Source: Steroidobacteraceae bacterium (lineage in GTDB: Bacteria > Pseudomonadota > Gammaproteobacteria > Steroidobacterales > Steroidobacteraceae). From it: a DNA stretch of 64,000 nt. This document shows positions 30,057 to 39,227 of this stretch, one piece after another; position 1 is the first letter of the stretch, and each line of letters begins with the position of its first letter. The notes beneath the pieces were generated by a model that was not told the DNA's origin, did no database searches, and saw only the letters and a program-made list of their open reading frames with translations. The stretch lies in NCBI GenBank assembly GCA_035513555.1, contig DATKBY010000041.1, positions 21,272 through 85,271 of the forward strand, written 5' to 3'. The translations under genes were made by a program, and so were the position numbers.

Positions 30057-32333
30057 TCAGGGCGGGGTGATGGCGGAGCCGGGGGAGTATCCCCGAATGC
30101 CCCGCTGCAGGAAAGCGTCATTGCTGGTTCCGACCGACGACAGACCCCTGAGTTCCAGCTGCAGCATCACCGAATTATCGCTTTCGCCCGTGCGATTCGA
30201 CACATAGCGGCGGCCGAGCAGCCGGATGCGCCAGCAGCAGCTGCCGTATTCGAAGCCGGCGAACCGATCGATGGATTTATCCTCCCTGGTCGAATAGACC
30301 TGGCGCGCGAAAACCTGCCAGGACGGCGAAAGTCGCCACGCAGCCGATGCATCCCATTGCTCAAGCTGCCCCGCGCGGTAGCGATAGCCCAGATTGATGA
30401 CCGCTTCGGGCCGCGGACGGTACTGCATGCCGGCCTGTCCGAGCACGGTGTTCGATTCCTCGCGGTCCCATTCCACCGCGAGGCGCGTGCTCCAGTTGCG
30501 CCATGCCGTCAGGTCGATCTCGCCGACCATGTTCGACGAACTGCGCGACTCCGCCGTTTCGCCCGGCAGCACGACGCGCGGCTCTTCGAAGTAGAAGCGC
30601 TGGCCGATCGTCGCGGAAAGGAACTGGTGACCCGTGTCCGCATTCAGCAGCCGGGTCGTCATGCCGGCAGCGAGCTCGTTGGCGTCGCCCAGCCGGTCCG
30701 CGCCGACATAGCGGTTGGTGCGGAAGAGCTGCACGAGATTGAGATCCGGCAGCACGGTGTCGAACAGCGGCAACCCGGATTGATCGCGGAACGGGATGTG
30801 CGTGTAACGCAGCCGCGGCTCGAGCGTGTGAATCAGGTGATCGCGTGACCCCGCAGTCCGTTCGAACTCGAGGCCGGCGTCGAGCGACAGGATCGGCGCT
30901 TCGCGGTCGGGTGAATCGTCGGCGCCCGGCGCGGTTTCGGACAGCCGATAGGCGGTCAACCGCCAGGTTGCGCTCGGCTCGACGTACCAGCCTGGCTTGC
31001 GTACGGGCAGGGCGAGGCGGGGCGCCAGGTCGATTCGCAGGCCGGTCGTGCCTTCGTCGCGCTCGAACCAGGTGGTCTCCGCATCGAACGATGTCGCCAG
31101 CCGGCCACCGGCCAGCGGCCAGGCGCCGGTGAACTGCAGTTGCGGCAGGCGCGAATACGGACGCGACAAGGGATCGACCGTCAGGTCGATCGTCTGGAAA
31201 TCCTGCAGCCGGCCATCGAGTCGCCAGCCGCGCCCGAGCCAGGCGAGGTGCAGGTAGCGGTCCAGGAAGGTCACGCTCGTGCCGTCCGGTCCAAGTCCGA
31301 AATCCTCGAAGTAGCGGCTGTCACTGGCATCCGCGAGGCTTGCGCTGAAACGCAGGCGCTCGGTCAGTTCGGTGCGGTGGGCCAGCGTGCTGAGGCGGCG
31401 ATCCCGGCCCGCGAGGTCGTCGCCGGGAAGGAAGCGCGTGTCGAACTGACCGCGGCTGCGTTCCGTCAGGTACCGGAATTCGCCATTCAGACCGGGCCCG
31501 CGCCGGGACAGCAGGAACGGCGTCAGCGTCAGGTCGAAGTTCGGCGCAAGATTGAAGTAATACGGCACGCCGACCTCGAATCCGCTCTTGTCCGAATTGC
31601 CGAATGAGGGAAACAGGAAGCCGGATTTGCGCGCATCGCCCACGGGGAAGGTGATGAGCGGCGCGTAGAGGATCGGAATACCTTTGAGTTCCACGCGAAC
31701 GTTCCGCCCCTTGCCGAGCTGCGTTCGCTGGTCGATGTCGATCGACGACGCGCGCAGGAACCAGTCGTTGTTGCCCGCAGGGCAGGTGGTGAAGCTCACC
31801 TCGCGCAGGGACAGCGTGCCTTGCGGCGAGACATCGAGCTTCGCCGCCTCGCCGCGCGCCGGTTGCGCGGGCAATTCGAATTCCGCGCCGGTGAAGCGCC
31901 CCGCGCCGCCCATGCCCCATGCGCCGGTAACGCTTTTGAGCCGCAGGTCCGGCGAGCGAAACTCGACGTCGCCTTCGACTTCGAAGCGCCGCTCCGAGGC
32001 GTCGTAGGTGGCTGACTCCGCGGAGAGCTCGCGATCGCCCTGCCGCACGACGACGCCGTCCGTCAGCTTCGCGTCGCCTGCGCGCGTGAGCTCGGCGCCG
32101 CCGCTCGTCACCTGCACCGGCAACTCGTCCGGCCCCTTGATCGAAACGCCGTTGCTGGAAGCCCCGGGTATCGCAGTCATCGGCTCAGGCTGTGGCCATG
32201 CGCATTCCTCCGACGCGGCCTGCGGCAGGAAGAAGGCGGTGGCAAGCAAGGCAGTAAGGCGGCGCGAAAGCACTTGGTCCGGAAGTCTATAATGCGGGCC
32301 CACCGGCCGTCGCCCCCGCATGAAAACTGACAA
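30057..32333 (-). CDS. lptD: LPS-assembly outer-membrane protein LptD
   Basis: 758-aa ORF in the conserved position upstream of surA. The longest start overlaps the divergent amgK start. An in-frame GTG at 32273 gives the signal peptide MLSRRLTALLATAFFLPQAAS and is preferred. Confidence 0.88.
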   Translation of the reverse strand: MSVFMRGRRPVGPHYRLPDQVLSRRLTALLATAFFLPQAASEECAWPQPEPMTAIPGASSNGVSIKGPDELPVQVTSGGAELTRAGDAKLTDGVVVRQGDRELSAESATYDASERRFEVEGDVEFRSPDLRLKSVTGAWGMGGAGRFTGAEFELPAQPARGEAAKLDVSPQGTLSLREVSFTTCPAGNNDWFLRASSIDIDQRTQLGKGRNVRVELKGIPILYAPLITFPVGDARKSGFLFPSFGNSDKSGFEVGVPYYFNLAPNFDLTLTPFLLSRRGPGLNGEFRYLTERSRGQFDTRFLPGDDLAGRDRRLSTLAHRTELTERLRFSASLADASDSRYFEDFGLGPDGTSVTFLDRYLHLAWLGRGWRLDGRLQDFQTIDLTVDPLSRPYSRLPQLQFTGAWPLAGGRLATSFDAETTWFERDEGTTGLRIDLAPRLALPVRKPGWYVEPSATWRLTAYRLSETAPGADDSPDREAPILSLDAGLEFERTAGSRDHLIHTLEPRLRYTHIPFRDQSGLPLFDTVLPDLNLVQLFRTNRYVGADRLGDANELAAGMTTRLLNADTGHQFLSATIGQRFYFEEPRVVLPGETAESRSSSNMVGEIDLTAWRNWSTRLAVEWDREESNTVLGQAGMQYRPRPEAVINLGYRYRAGQLEQWDASAAWRLSPSWQVFARQVYSTREDKSIDRFAGFEYGSCCWRIRLLGRRYVSNRTGESDNSVMLQLELRGLSSVGTSNDAFLQRGIRGYSPGSAITPP
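32288..32293 (+). promoter_or_regulatory. perfect -10 hexamer TATAAT upstream of amgK
   Basis: TATAAT lies 26 nt before ATG 32320, in otherwise GC-rich DNA between lptD (short start) and amgK. No clear -35. Confidence 0.35.
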
Positions 32334-33369
32334 AAACGCCGATCCGCGACTGCTGAGACTGGAACGCTGGATCGCGGGCCTTCCCGGTCCGCCGGTCGAT
32401 CGCCTGCTGCCGGCATCTTCCGACGCGAGTTTCCGCCGTTACTTCCGCGTGCATCGCGGAGGCAGCACGCAGATCGCCATGGATGCGCCGCCCGAGCGCG
32501 AGGCGCTCGACGCCTGGCTGCGCGTCGCACGCATTCTCGCGGCGACGGGAGTGCACGTGCCGCCGGTCATCGCCGTCGACGCCGAACAGGGGTTCGTGCT
32601 GATCGGCGATCTCGGAAAGCAACATTACTTCGAGGCGCTCGGCGAGGGCGCCGATCCGGAACCGCTGTACGAGGCCGCGATCGATGCGCTCGTGCAGATG
32701 CAGTCGGGCGGCGCCGCGCTCTCGTCGGAACTTCCCGCATACGATCGCGCGCTGCTGATGCGGGAGATGGAACTCTTCACGGAGTGGTTCGTCGGGCGGC
32801 ATCTCGGGCTCGCGCCGGCCGCGGCACAGCGGCGCACGATCGCGGAGGCATTCGACTGGCTTTGCGACGAGGCGCTCGTGCAACCGGTCGTACTCGTGCA
32901 TCGCGACTACCATTCGCGCAACCTGCTGGTCCGTGCGGACGGCAATCCGGGCATCGTCGATTTCCAGGACGCCGTGCGCGGTCCGGTGACCTACGACCTG
33001 GTCTCGCTGCTGAAAGACTGCTACATCGTCTGGCCGGCGCGGCGGCTCCGCGGCTGGCTCGACCGCTATCGCGAGCGCGCGGCCTCGGCCGGCATCGACG
33101 TCGGCGTCGACCGCGCGCAGTTCCTGCATTGGTTCGACACGATGGGACTGCAGCGCCACATCAAGGTACTCGGCATCTTCGCGCGTCTGTGGCACCGCGA
33201 CGGGAAGCCCGGCTATCTCGCGGATCTGCCCCGCGTGCTCGACTACACGCTCGCGGTAACGTCGGCGCTGCCGGCGCTGCCGGCGCTCGCGGCGTTCGAC
33301 GAGTACCTGCGCGGGGAAGTGGTACCAGCGTTCGCGGCGGCGGGGCGCCGGGCGGGCAAACCCCGATGA
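32320..33369 (+). CDS. amgK: anomeric MurNAc/GlcNAc kinase (aminoglycoside phosphotransferase fold)
   Basis: 349 aa with SDASFRRYFRV, VHRDYHSRNLLV and IVDFQDA. Divergent from lptD and ATGA-coupled to murU, as in Pseudomonas. Confidence 0.85.
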   Translation: MKTDKNADPRLLRLERWIAGLPGPPVDRLLPASSDASFRRYFRVHRGGSTQIAMDAPPEREALDAWLRVARILAATGVHVPPVIAVDAEQGFVLIGDLGKQHYFEALGEGADPEPLYEAAIDALVQMQSGGAALSSELPAYDRALLMREMELFTEWFVGRHLGLAPAAAQRRTIAEAFDWLCDEALVQPVVLVHRDYHSRNLLVRADGNPGIVDFQDAVRGPVTYDLVSLLKDCYIVWPARRLRGWLDRYRERAASAGIDVGVDRAQFLHWFDTMGLQRHIKVLGIFARLWHRDGKPGYLADLPRVLDYTLAVTSALPALPALAAFDEYLRGEVVPAFAAAGRRAGKPR

Positions 33370-34067
33370 AGGCGATGATCCTGGCTGCCGGCCGCGGCGA
33401 ACGAATGCGCCCGCTGACCGACCGGCTTCCGAAGCCGCTGCTCGAGGCCGGCGGCTATCGGCTGATCGAATACCACCTGGCCGCGGTGAGGCAATTCGGC
33501 ATCAGCGATGTCGTCATCAACCTCTCCTGGCTCGGCGCGCGCATCCGCGAGGAACTGGGTGACGGCCGCCGTCATGGCCTCGCGATCCGCTACAACGATG
33601 AAGGCCCGGTCCCGCTGGGCACCGGTGGGGGCATATTTGCCGCCCTGCCGCTGCTGGGTGACAAGCCGTTCCTCGTGGTCAATGGCGACGTCTGGTGCGA
33701 CCTCGCGTTCGAGGCGCTCAGCCGGCCCGCCGATTCGTTCGCGCACCTCGTGCTGGTCGACAATCCGGCTCATCACCCCGACGGAGACTACGGCCTCGAT
33801 GCCGAGGGCCATGTGCTGCCGCTGAAAAGCCGCATGACCTTCGCCGGGGTTTCCGTGCTGGATCCCGCCCTGTTCGACGGATGCGCACCCGGTATTTTTC
33901 CGCTGAAACCGTTGCTCGACCAAGCGATGCTGTGCGGCCGGCTGACCGGCCAGCGCCATGGCGGCGCCTGGATGGATGTCGGCACGCCGGCACGGCTGGC
34001 CGGCCTCGATGCGGAGCTCCGCCTCGGCCGGGCCCGCCATCCCGTGCTGTTCTCGCCGGTCGGCTAG
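33366..34067 (+). CDS. murU: N-acetylmuramate alpha-1-phosphate uridylyltransferase
   Basis: Starts at ATG 33366 in track ORF 32784-34067: MKAMILAAGRGERMRPLTDRLPKPLL, a sugar-nucleotidyltransferase N-terminus. Confidence 0.85.
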   Translation: MKAMILAAGRGERMRPLTDRLPKPLLEAGGYRLIEYHLAAVRQFGISDVVINLSWLGARIREELGDGRRHGLAIRYNDEGPVPLGTGGGIFAALPLLGDKPFLVVNGDVWCDLAFEALSRPADSFAHLVLVDNPAHHPDGDYGLDAEGHVLPLKSRMTFAGVSVLDPALFDGCAPGIFPLKPLLDQAMLCGRLTGQRHGGAWMDVGTPARLAGLDAELRLGRARHPVLFSPVG

Positions 34068-34070
34068 AAT
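34065..34070 (+). promoter_or_regulatory. -10-like hexamer TAGAAT upstream of lipA
   Basis: Overlaps the murU stop codon, 31 nt before the lipA ATG, in the locally AT-richer 34-nt gap. Confidence 0.2.
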
Positions 34071-34101
34071 GGCCTGGAAAACTGCGGTTCGATGGACATA
34101 A

Positions 34102-35109
34102 ATGTCTGATTTTAAAAGTATTCCTCTTGCAATTGAGCGCCCGCCCGCGGCGAGCGGCGCGAAATACCTGACGCCGCAGGGATTCAGCGCCATCAAGAAC
34201 GGGATCAAGCGCGTGCCGCTGGCCGAGCCGCTGCCGACCGGCGCCAAGCCGCGCTGGCTGCGCGCGCCGATGCCGGCTGGCACCCGCTTCGACGCGCTCC
34301 GCCGCACGGTGCGCGAGCACCGGCTGAGCACGGTCTGCGAGGAAGCGCATTGCCCAAACATCGGCGAGTGCTGGAATGCCGGTACTGCGACGCTGATGCT
34401 GATGGGCGCGGTCTGTACGCGCGCCTGCAGGTTCTGCGCGGTGGACACCGGCAACCCGCGCGGCTGGCTCGATCCGGAGGAACCGGCGAACGCGGCGCAC
34501 ACGGTCGCCCTGATGGGGCTCGGTTACGTCGTGCTGACCTCCGTCAATCGCGACGATCTTCCTGACGGGGGTGCCTCGCACTTCGCGGCCTGCGTGCGCG
34601 CGATCCGGGGCGCAAGCCCGCGCACCGCGGTCGAGGCGCTGACGCCGGATTTCCAGGGCGATGCCGCCGCCGTCGAAACCGTAGTCGATTCCGGCATTGC
34701 CGTGTTCGCGCAGAACATCGAGACGGTCGAACGGCTGACCTATCCGGTGCGCGATCCGCGCGCGGGGTACCGCCAGACGCTCGATGTGCTTGCGCACGCG
34801 AAGCGGCATCACCCGGACGTGCTGACAAAGTCGAGCCTGATGCTCGGCCTGGGCGAGACGGCGGAGGAACTGTTCGCGGCGATGGACGACCTGCGCGGGG
34901 CGGGCTGCGACCTGCTGACGCTCGGCCAGTACCTGCGCCCGACCGTCAATCACCTGCCGGTCGCGCGATTCGTGCCGCCCGCGGAGTTTGCCGCTTATCG
35001 CGATGAGGCGCTCGCGCGCGGCTTCACCGAGTGCGTCTCCGGACCCATGGTTCGCTCGAGCTATCGCGCCGAGCGGGCACTTGCCGGCGACAATTGCGGA
35101 CTTACGTAA
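34102..35109 (+). CDS. lipA: lipoyl synthase
   Basis: 335 aa with [13 protein letters not shown] and the radical-SAM CTRACRFC. Confidence 0.97.
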   Translation: MSDFKSIPLAIERPPAASGAKYLTPQGFSAIKNGIKRVPLAEPLPTGAKPRWLRAPMPAGTRFDALRRTVREHRLSTVCEEAHCPNIGECWNAGTATLMLMGAVCTRACRFCAVDTGNPRGWLDPEEPANAAHTVALMGLGYVVLTSVNRDDLPDGGASHFAACVRAIRGASPRTAVEALTPDFQGDAAAVETVVDSGIAVFAQNIETVERLTYPVRDPRAGYRQTLDVLAHAKRHHPDVLTKSSLMLGLGETAEELFAAMDDLRGAGCDLLTLGQYLRPTVNHLPVARFVPPAEFAAYRDEALARGFTECVSGPMVRSSYRAERALAGDNCGLT

Positions 35110-35546
35110 TGCATCCATTCCCTCACCGTTATCGGGTCCGGATCGGCGCCGAAGCCGAGGGCGCCATGCGGCTTTCAGGCGAGGGACTGCCGGAACTCGT
35201 GTCGCTTCCGCCCGTCGAGTTCGACGGGCCGGGCGACCACTGGTCGCCGGAAACACTGCTGCTCGCGTCGGTCGTCGACTGCTTCGCGCTGACCTTCCGC
35301 GCGATTGCGAAGGCCTCGCGCTTCGAATGGCGCGAACTGTCGGCCGATATCGAGGGTCTGCTCGAGCGCACCGGCGGCAACAGCCGGTTCACGCGGCTGC
35401 ACACGCGCGCGAGGCTCGTCGTGCCGGCGGGAACGGACGCGGCGAAGGCACGCCTGCTGATGGAAAAAGCGGAGAAGGGCTGCCTGATCTCCAATTCGCT
35501 GACCGCTGAACGCCATCTCGACTGCGAGATCGTCGAAGACCGATGA
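35109..35546 (+). CDS. OsmC-family peroxiredoxin-like protein
   Basis: 145 aa from ATG 35109, which shares its A with the lipA TAA. Two conserved Cys contexts ([19 protein letters not shown]) are typical of OsmC/Ohr. Confidence 0.8.
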   Translation: MHPFPHRYRVRIGAEAEGAMRLSGEGLPELVSLPPVEFDGPGDHWSPETLLLASVVDCFALTFRAIAKASRFEWRELSADIEGLLERTGGNSRFTRLHTRARLVVPAGTDAAKARLLMEKAEKGCLISNSLTAERHLDCEIVEDR

Positions 35547-36211
35547 GCGCGGTCGTGCGCTGGCTCGGCCGCGTGGAATACGCGCCGGTCTGGCGTGACA
35601 TGCAGGCATTCACCGACCTGCGCTCTGCCGCGACGCCAGACGAGGTCTGGTTCCTCGAGCATGCACCGGTGTTCACCCAGGGCCTGAACGGCCGCCCGGA
35701 GCATCTGCTCGCGACCGGCGACATACCGGTGGTCGGCATCGACCGCGGCGGACAGGTCACTTACCACGGGCCCGGACAGCTTGTCGTTTATGCGCTCATC
35801 GACCTCAGACGCCGGCGCATCGGCGTGCGCGAACTCGTCGTCGGGCTTGAGAACGCGGTGATCGCGCTGGCGGCGCGCCACGGCATCGCAGCCGCCGGCA
35901 GGCGTGATGCGCCCGGTGTCTATGCCGGCGCGCGCAAGCTGGCGAGCCTTGGATTGCGCGTGCGGCGCGGCTGCAGCTATCATGGCCTCGCGCTGAACGT
36001 GGACATGGATCTCGAGCCGTTCGGCCGGATCAATCCCTGCGGCATGGCCGGTCTCGCGATGACCCAGCTGTCGGAATTCGGCGTGAGCCCGGATGTGCAG
36101 GACGTCGCGCGCGCGCTCGCACCGCTCGTCTGCGACACGCTCGGCCTGGACTGGGACGGATACTGGGCTCAGAGCGCGACCAGCACGACCCCGCTGTCGG
36201 TCAGGTCCTGA
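35543..36211 (+). CDS. lipB: octanoyltransferase (lipoyl(octanoyl) transferase)
   Basis: 222 aa: [12 protein letters not shown]...[16 protein letters not shown]. Confidence 0.95.
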   Translation: MSAVVRWLGRVEYAPVWRDMQAFTDLRSAATPDEVWFLEHAPVFTQGLNGRPEHLLATGDIPVVGIDRGGQVTYHGPGQLVVYALIDLRRRRIGVRELVVGLENAVIALAARHGIAAAGRRDAPGVYAGARKLASLGLRVRRGCSYHGLALNVDMDLEPFGRINPCGMAGLAMTQLSEFGVSPDVQDVARALAPLVCDTLGLDWDGYWAQSATSTTPLSVRS

Positions 36212-36435
36212 TAGATGCTGTCGAGCTGGGCACGGCTTTCCGCGCGGATGGTGTAGGTCAGCGCGAGGAACTTGCCCGCGCGGCTCATTCGCTCGCTGAT
36301 GCGGTCGGGACTCATCGGCCCGGCATGACGCTCGATGATCGCAAGCGTCAGCGTGCGGAACGACTCGGAGTCCCGTCCCATCACCTTGACCGGGAAGTCG
36401 GTCGGAAACTGGAACAGTTCGTCGTCGCCGCTCAT
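36169..36435 (-). CDS. ybeD: YbeD-family (DUF493) protein
   Basis: 88 aa: [14 protein letters not shown]..., colinear with E. coli YbeD. Confidence 0.88.
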   Translation of the reverse strand: MSGDDELFQFPTDFPVKVMGRDSESFRTLTLAIIERHAGPMSPDRISERMSRAGKFLALTYTIRAESRAQLDSIYQDLTDSGVVLVAL

Positions 36436-37301
36436 GCCGGCAGCGCGGTTGAAAACTCGCGCTTGGTCGCGAGGAAGCCCTCGTGGATGGCGCGGAAGAC
36501 GGCGCCCGGGCGCCCGCTGCCGACCGGACGGCCATCGAGCGTCGTGACCGCGCGGATGCCGCCGCCCGCGGACGCGATCACGATTTCGTCGGCGTCGCGT
36601 AATTCCTGCTCGCTCACGGGTCGCCGCCCGGAGACGATACCGGCGCGTTCGGCAAGTTCGAACAGCACGCCGCGGGTGGTGCCCGGGAGGATCGCGTTAG
36701 TCTGCGGCGGCGTGGCGATCGTCCCGTTCCTGACGACGTGCACGCTGCTCGTGCTGCCTTCCGTGAGCCAGCCGCCGCGCAGCAGGATCGCTTCGGTTGC
36801 ACCGGCGTCGGCTGCCTGCCAGCGATGCAGCACGTTGCCGAGCAGCGACACGGTCTTGATGTCGCAGCGTGCCCAGCGCAGATCGTCGGCCGTGACCGCC
36901 ATCGTGCCATGCTCGATCGTCTCTGCCGACAGCACGGGCAGCGCCGAGACGCAGGCAAAAATAGTGGGCCGCACGTCGGGCCGCGGAACGTGGTTGCGCT
37001 CGGGTTCCACGCCGCGAGTCACCTGCATATACAGCAAGCAATCACCGCCGCCGTTCCCGTGCACCAGCTTGCCCAGCACGGACAACCAGCCCGCGCGGTC
37101 GAGCGCCGGCGCCATGCGGATCTCGCGCAGGCTCCGGTCGAGGCGCTCGATGTGCTCGTCGAACCGGTACGCGCGGGCGTCGAACACCGGCAGCACTTCA
37201 TACACGCCATCGCCGAACAGGAAACCGCGGTCCAGCGGCGAGATCCTCGCTTCTTCGAGCGGCCGCAGCTGGCCGTCGAGCCAGACGAGCGGACGCGGCA
37301 C
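36432..37301 (-). CDS. dat: D-amino-acid transaminase (class IV aminotransferase)
   Basis: 289 aa with DRGFLFGDGVYEV, EHIERLDRSL, QVTRG, DLRWARCDIKTVSLLGNVL and EGSTSSV, matching Bacillus D-AAT signatures. Confidence 0.85.
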   Translation of the reverse strand: MPRPLVWLDGQLRPLEEARISPLDRGFLFGDGVYEVLPVFDARAYRFDEHIERLDRSLREIRMAPALDRAGWLSVLGKLVHGNGGGDCLLYMQVTRGVEPERNHVPRPDVRPTIFACVSALPVLSAETIEHGTMAVTADDLRWARCDIKTVSLLGNVLHRWQAADAGATEAILLRGGWLTEGSTSSVHVVRNGTIATPPQTNAILPGTTRGVLFELAERAGIVSGRRPVSEQELRDADEIVIASAGGGIRAVTTLDGRPVGSGRPGAVFRAIHEGFLATKREFSTALPA

Positions 37302-37303
37302 GG

Positions 37304-38431
37304 TCAGGCGAACCAGGACAGGATCGTGTCCCAGATCCTGCGGAAGATATTGCCACGCGGCACATCGACGAGCGGATGCAGCGGCGCTTCGGCCAGCACC
37401 TTGCCGTCAGCCATCGCCCGCAGCACGCCGACGCGGTCGGACACCGTCAGCGGCGCGAACACCCTGGGTGCAAGCTCGATGCTGAACTCCACGCGTTCCG
37501 CGATGCCGCGCGGCAACGTGACGACCAGGTCCTGCGCCAGGCCGACTGCCGCACGTCCGCCGCGCGCCTTGTAGATGCGGTGCTGCGCGAGCTCGGTGGC
37601 GCCCGCCTGCAGCGTGCGCGTTTCAAAGAAATTGAAGCCGTAATTGATGAGCGCGAGGCTCGCGTCCTCGCGCGCTCTCACGCTCTTCGTGCCGGCGACG
37701 ACGGCGATCAGTCGCATGTCATCGCGTTTCGCGGAGGAAACGAGGCAGTACCCGGCCGCCTCGGTCATGCCGGTCTTGACGCCGTCGAACGTCGGATCGC
37801 GCTGCAGCAGGCCGTTGCGGTTCGGCTGGCGGATGTTGTTCCAGGTGAACTCTCGCTGCGAATACCAGCGATAGTAGTCCGGGAACTCGGCGATGATCGC
37901 GCGCGTGAGCTTCGCGATGTCCGCGACGGACATCTGGTGGTTCGAACCCGGCAATCCGGTCGAATTCTGGAAATGACTGTCCCGCATGCCGAGCCGCTCG
38001 GCATACTGGTTCATCAGCGCCGCAAACGTGTCCTCCGTGCCCGCAATCGCCTCGGCAAGTGCGATGGTCGCGTCGTTGCCGCTCTGCACGATCATGCCCT
38101 GGATCAGCATATCGACCGGAACGCGGGAGTTCACGTCGAGATACGTGCGCGACCCTTCAGACCGCCAGGCGCGCTCGCTGATCGGCACCGCGGTCTCGAG
38201 CGTGAGCTTGCCGTCCTGCAACGCGTGAAAAACGGCATAGGCGGTCATCAGCTTCGTGATGCTGGCCGGCTCGATGCGGGCATCGGCGCGATGGCCGGCA
38301 AGCATCTGGCCGCTCGCCTGGTCGACGAGAATCCAGGCCGTGGCGTCGGGCGTCGGCGGCGGCGGCACCGGTGGCGCATCGGCATGCGCAACGGCGGCGA
38401 CGGCGAATAGGGCGGCGAGCAGGATTTTCAA
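37304..38431 (-). CDS. dacA: D-alanyl-D-alanine carboxypeptidase (PBP5/6 class)
   Basis: Has SITK, SGN and KTG boxes. The track start is GTG 38497, which has no RBS and overlaps rlpA. TTG 38431 is preceded by GAGG and gives the clean signal peptide LKILLAALFAVAAVAHA. Confidence 0.9.
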   Translation of the reverse strand: MKILLAALFAVAAVAHADAPPVPPPPTPDATAWILVDQASGQMLAGHRADARIEPASITKLMTAYAVFHALQDGKLTLETAVPISERAWRSEGSRTYLDVNSRVPVDMLIQGMIVQSGNDATIALAEAIAGTEDTFAALMNQYAERLGMRDSHFQNSTGLPGSNHQMSVADIAKLTRAIIAEFPDYYRWYSQREFTWNNIRQPNRNGLLQRDPTFDGVKTGMTEAAGYCLVSSAKRDDMRLIAVVAGTKSVRAREDASLALINYGFNFFETRTLQAGATELAQHRIYKARGGRAAVGLAQDLVVTLPRGIAERVEFSIELAPRVFAPLTVSDRVGVLRAMADGKVLAEAPLHPLVDVPRGNIFRRIWDTILSWFA

Positions 38432-38465
38432 GGTCGGCCTCGCGATGGTGAAAGGGCGCGCAATT

Positions 38466-39227
38466 CTACTGCAGTGCCAGGCGGGGCGAGTCGGCACCGG
38501 CGGCGCGCAGGCGTTCGATCAGCCGGTCGAATTCCCCGACGCTCGCGACCGGGCCGGCGCGCACGCGGAACAGCCGGCGCCCGTCGGCCCGGGCCTCGGT
38601 GACGGCGACACCTTCGATTCCGGACGCACGCAGCCGCTCGGCCAGCCGCGTCGCATTGGCTTCCTCGGCGAAAGCGCCGGCCTGCGCGAAGAAATGGTTG
38701 ACGGCAGGCGGCGCAGGAGGCGTCTCCCCCGCGACGAGGCTCCTGACCTCCACGAGCGCCGTGCCGGCGCGCACCATGTCCAGCTCCAGGGCGGCCTGCC
38801 GCGACAGGTCGATGATCCGGTTCCTGGCGAACGGCCCGCGATCATTCAACCGGACGACGACGCTGCGCCCGTTCTGCAGATTGGTCACCTGCACCCACGC
38901 GGGCAGCGGCAACGTCGGATGCGCGCCAGTCATCGCATCCATGTCGTAGGTTTCGCCGGTCGCCGTGCGCTTACCGTGGAAATCCGGCCCGTACCAGGAC
39001 GCGACGCCCTGTTCAGCGTAGCCCGCCGCCGATGCCAGTACGACATAGCGCTCACCGTTGACCTCATAGAACGGCGGGTTGCCGCTCCTGGCACGCGGCT
39101 CCTCGCGCGGCAGGGCGTCCCCGCCCGGTTGCGGCGGCGCAGGCGGTGGCGGCCGGCGCGGTGGAGCGGAGCAGGCCGCGAGCAGCAGGATCAAGGCCGC
39201 TACGATGCCGGCGTGGACGCGGTTCAA
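38466..39227 (-). CDS. rlpA: septal ring lytic transglycosylase RlpA (lipoprotein, DPBB + SPOR)
   Basis: 253 aa with TTG start, lipobox LLLAAC, the DPBB core ASWYGPDFHGKRTATGE and a C-terminal SPOR-like region. Confidence 0.9.
   Translation of the reverse strand: MNRVHAGIVAALILLLAACSAPPRRPPPPAPPQPGGDALPREEPRARSGNPPFYEVNGERYVVLASAAGYAEQGVASWYGPDFHGKRTATGETYDMDAMTGAHPTLPLPAWVQVTNLQNGRSVVVRLNDRGPFARNRIIDLSRQAALELDMVRAGTALVEVRSLVAGETPPAPPAVNHFFAQAGAFAEEANATRLAERLRASGIEGVAVTEARADGRRLFRVRAGPVASVGEFDRLIERLRAAGADSPRLALQ

Noticed and set aside
33718-35256. 512-aa minus-strand ORF spanning murU, lipA and the start of the OsmC-family gene
   Set aside because: It crosses three well-supported plus-strand genes and an intergenic gap. 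The product is Arg-rich junk.
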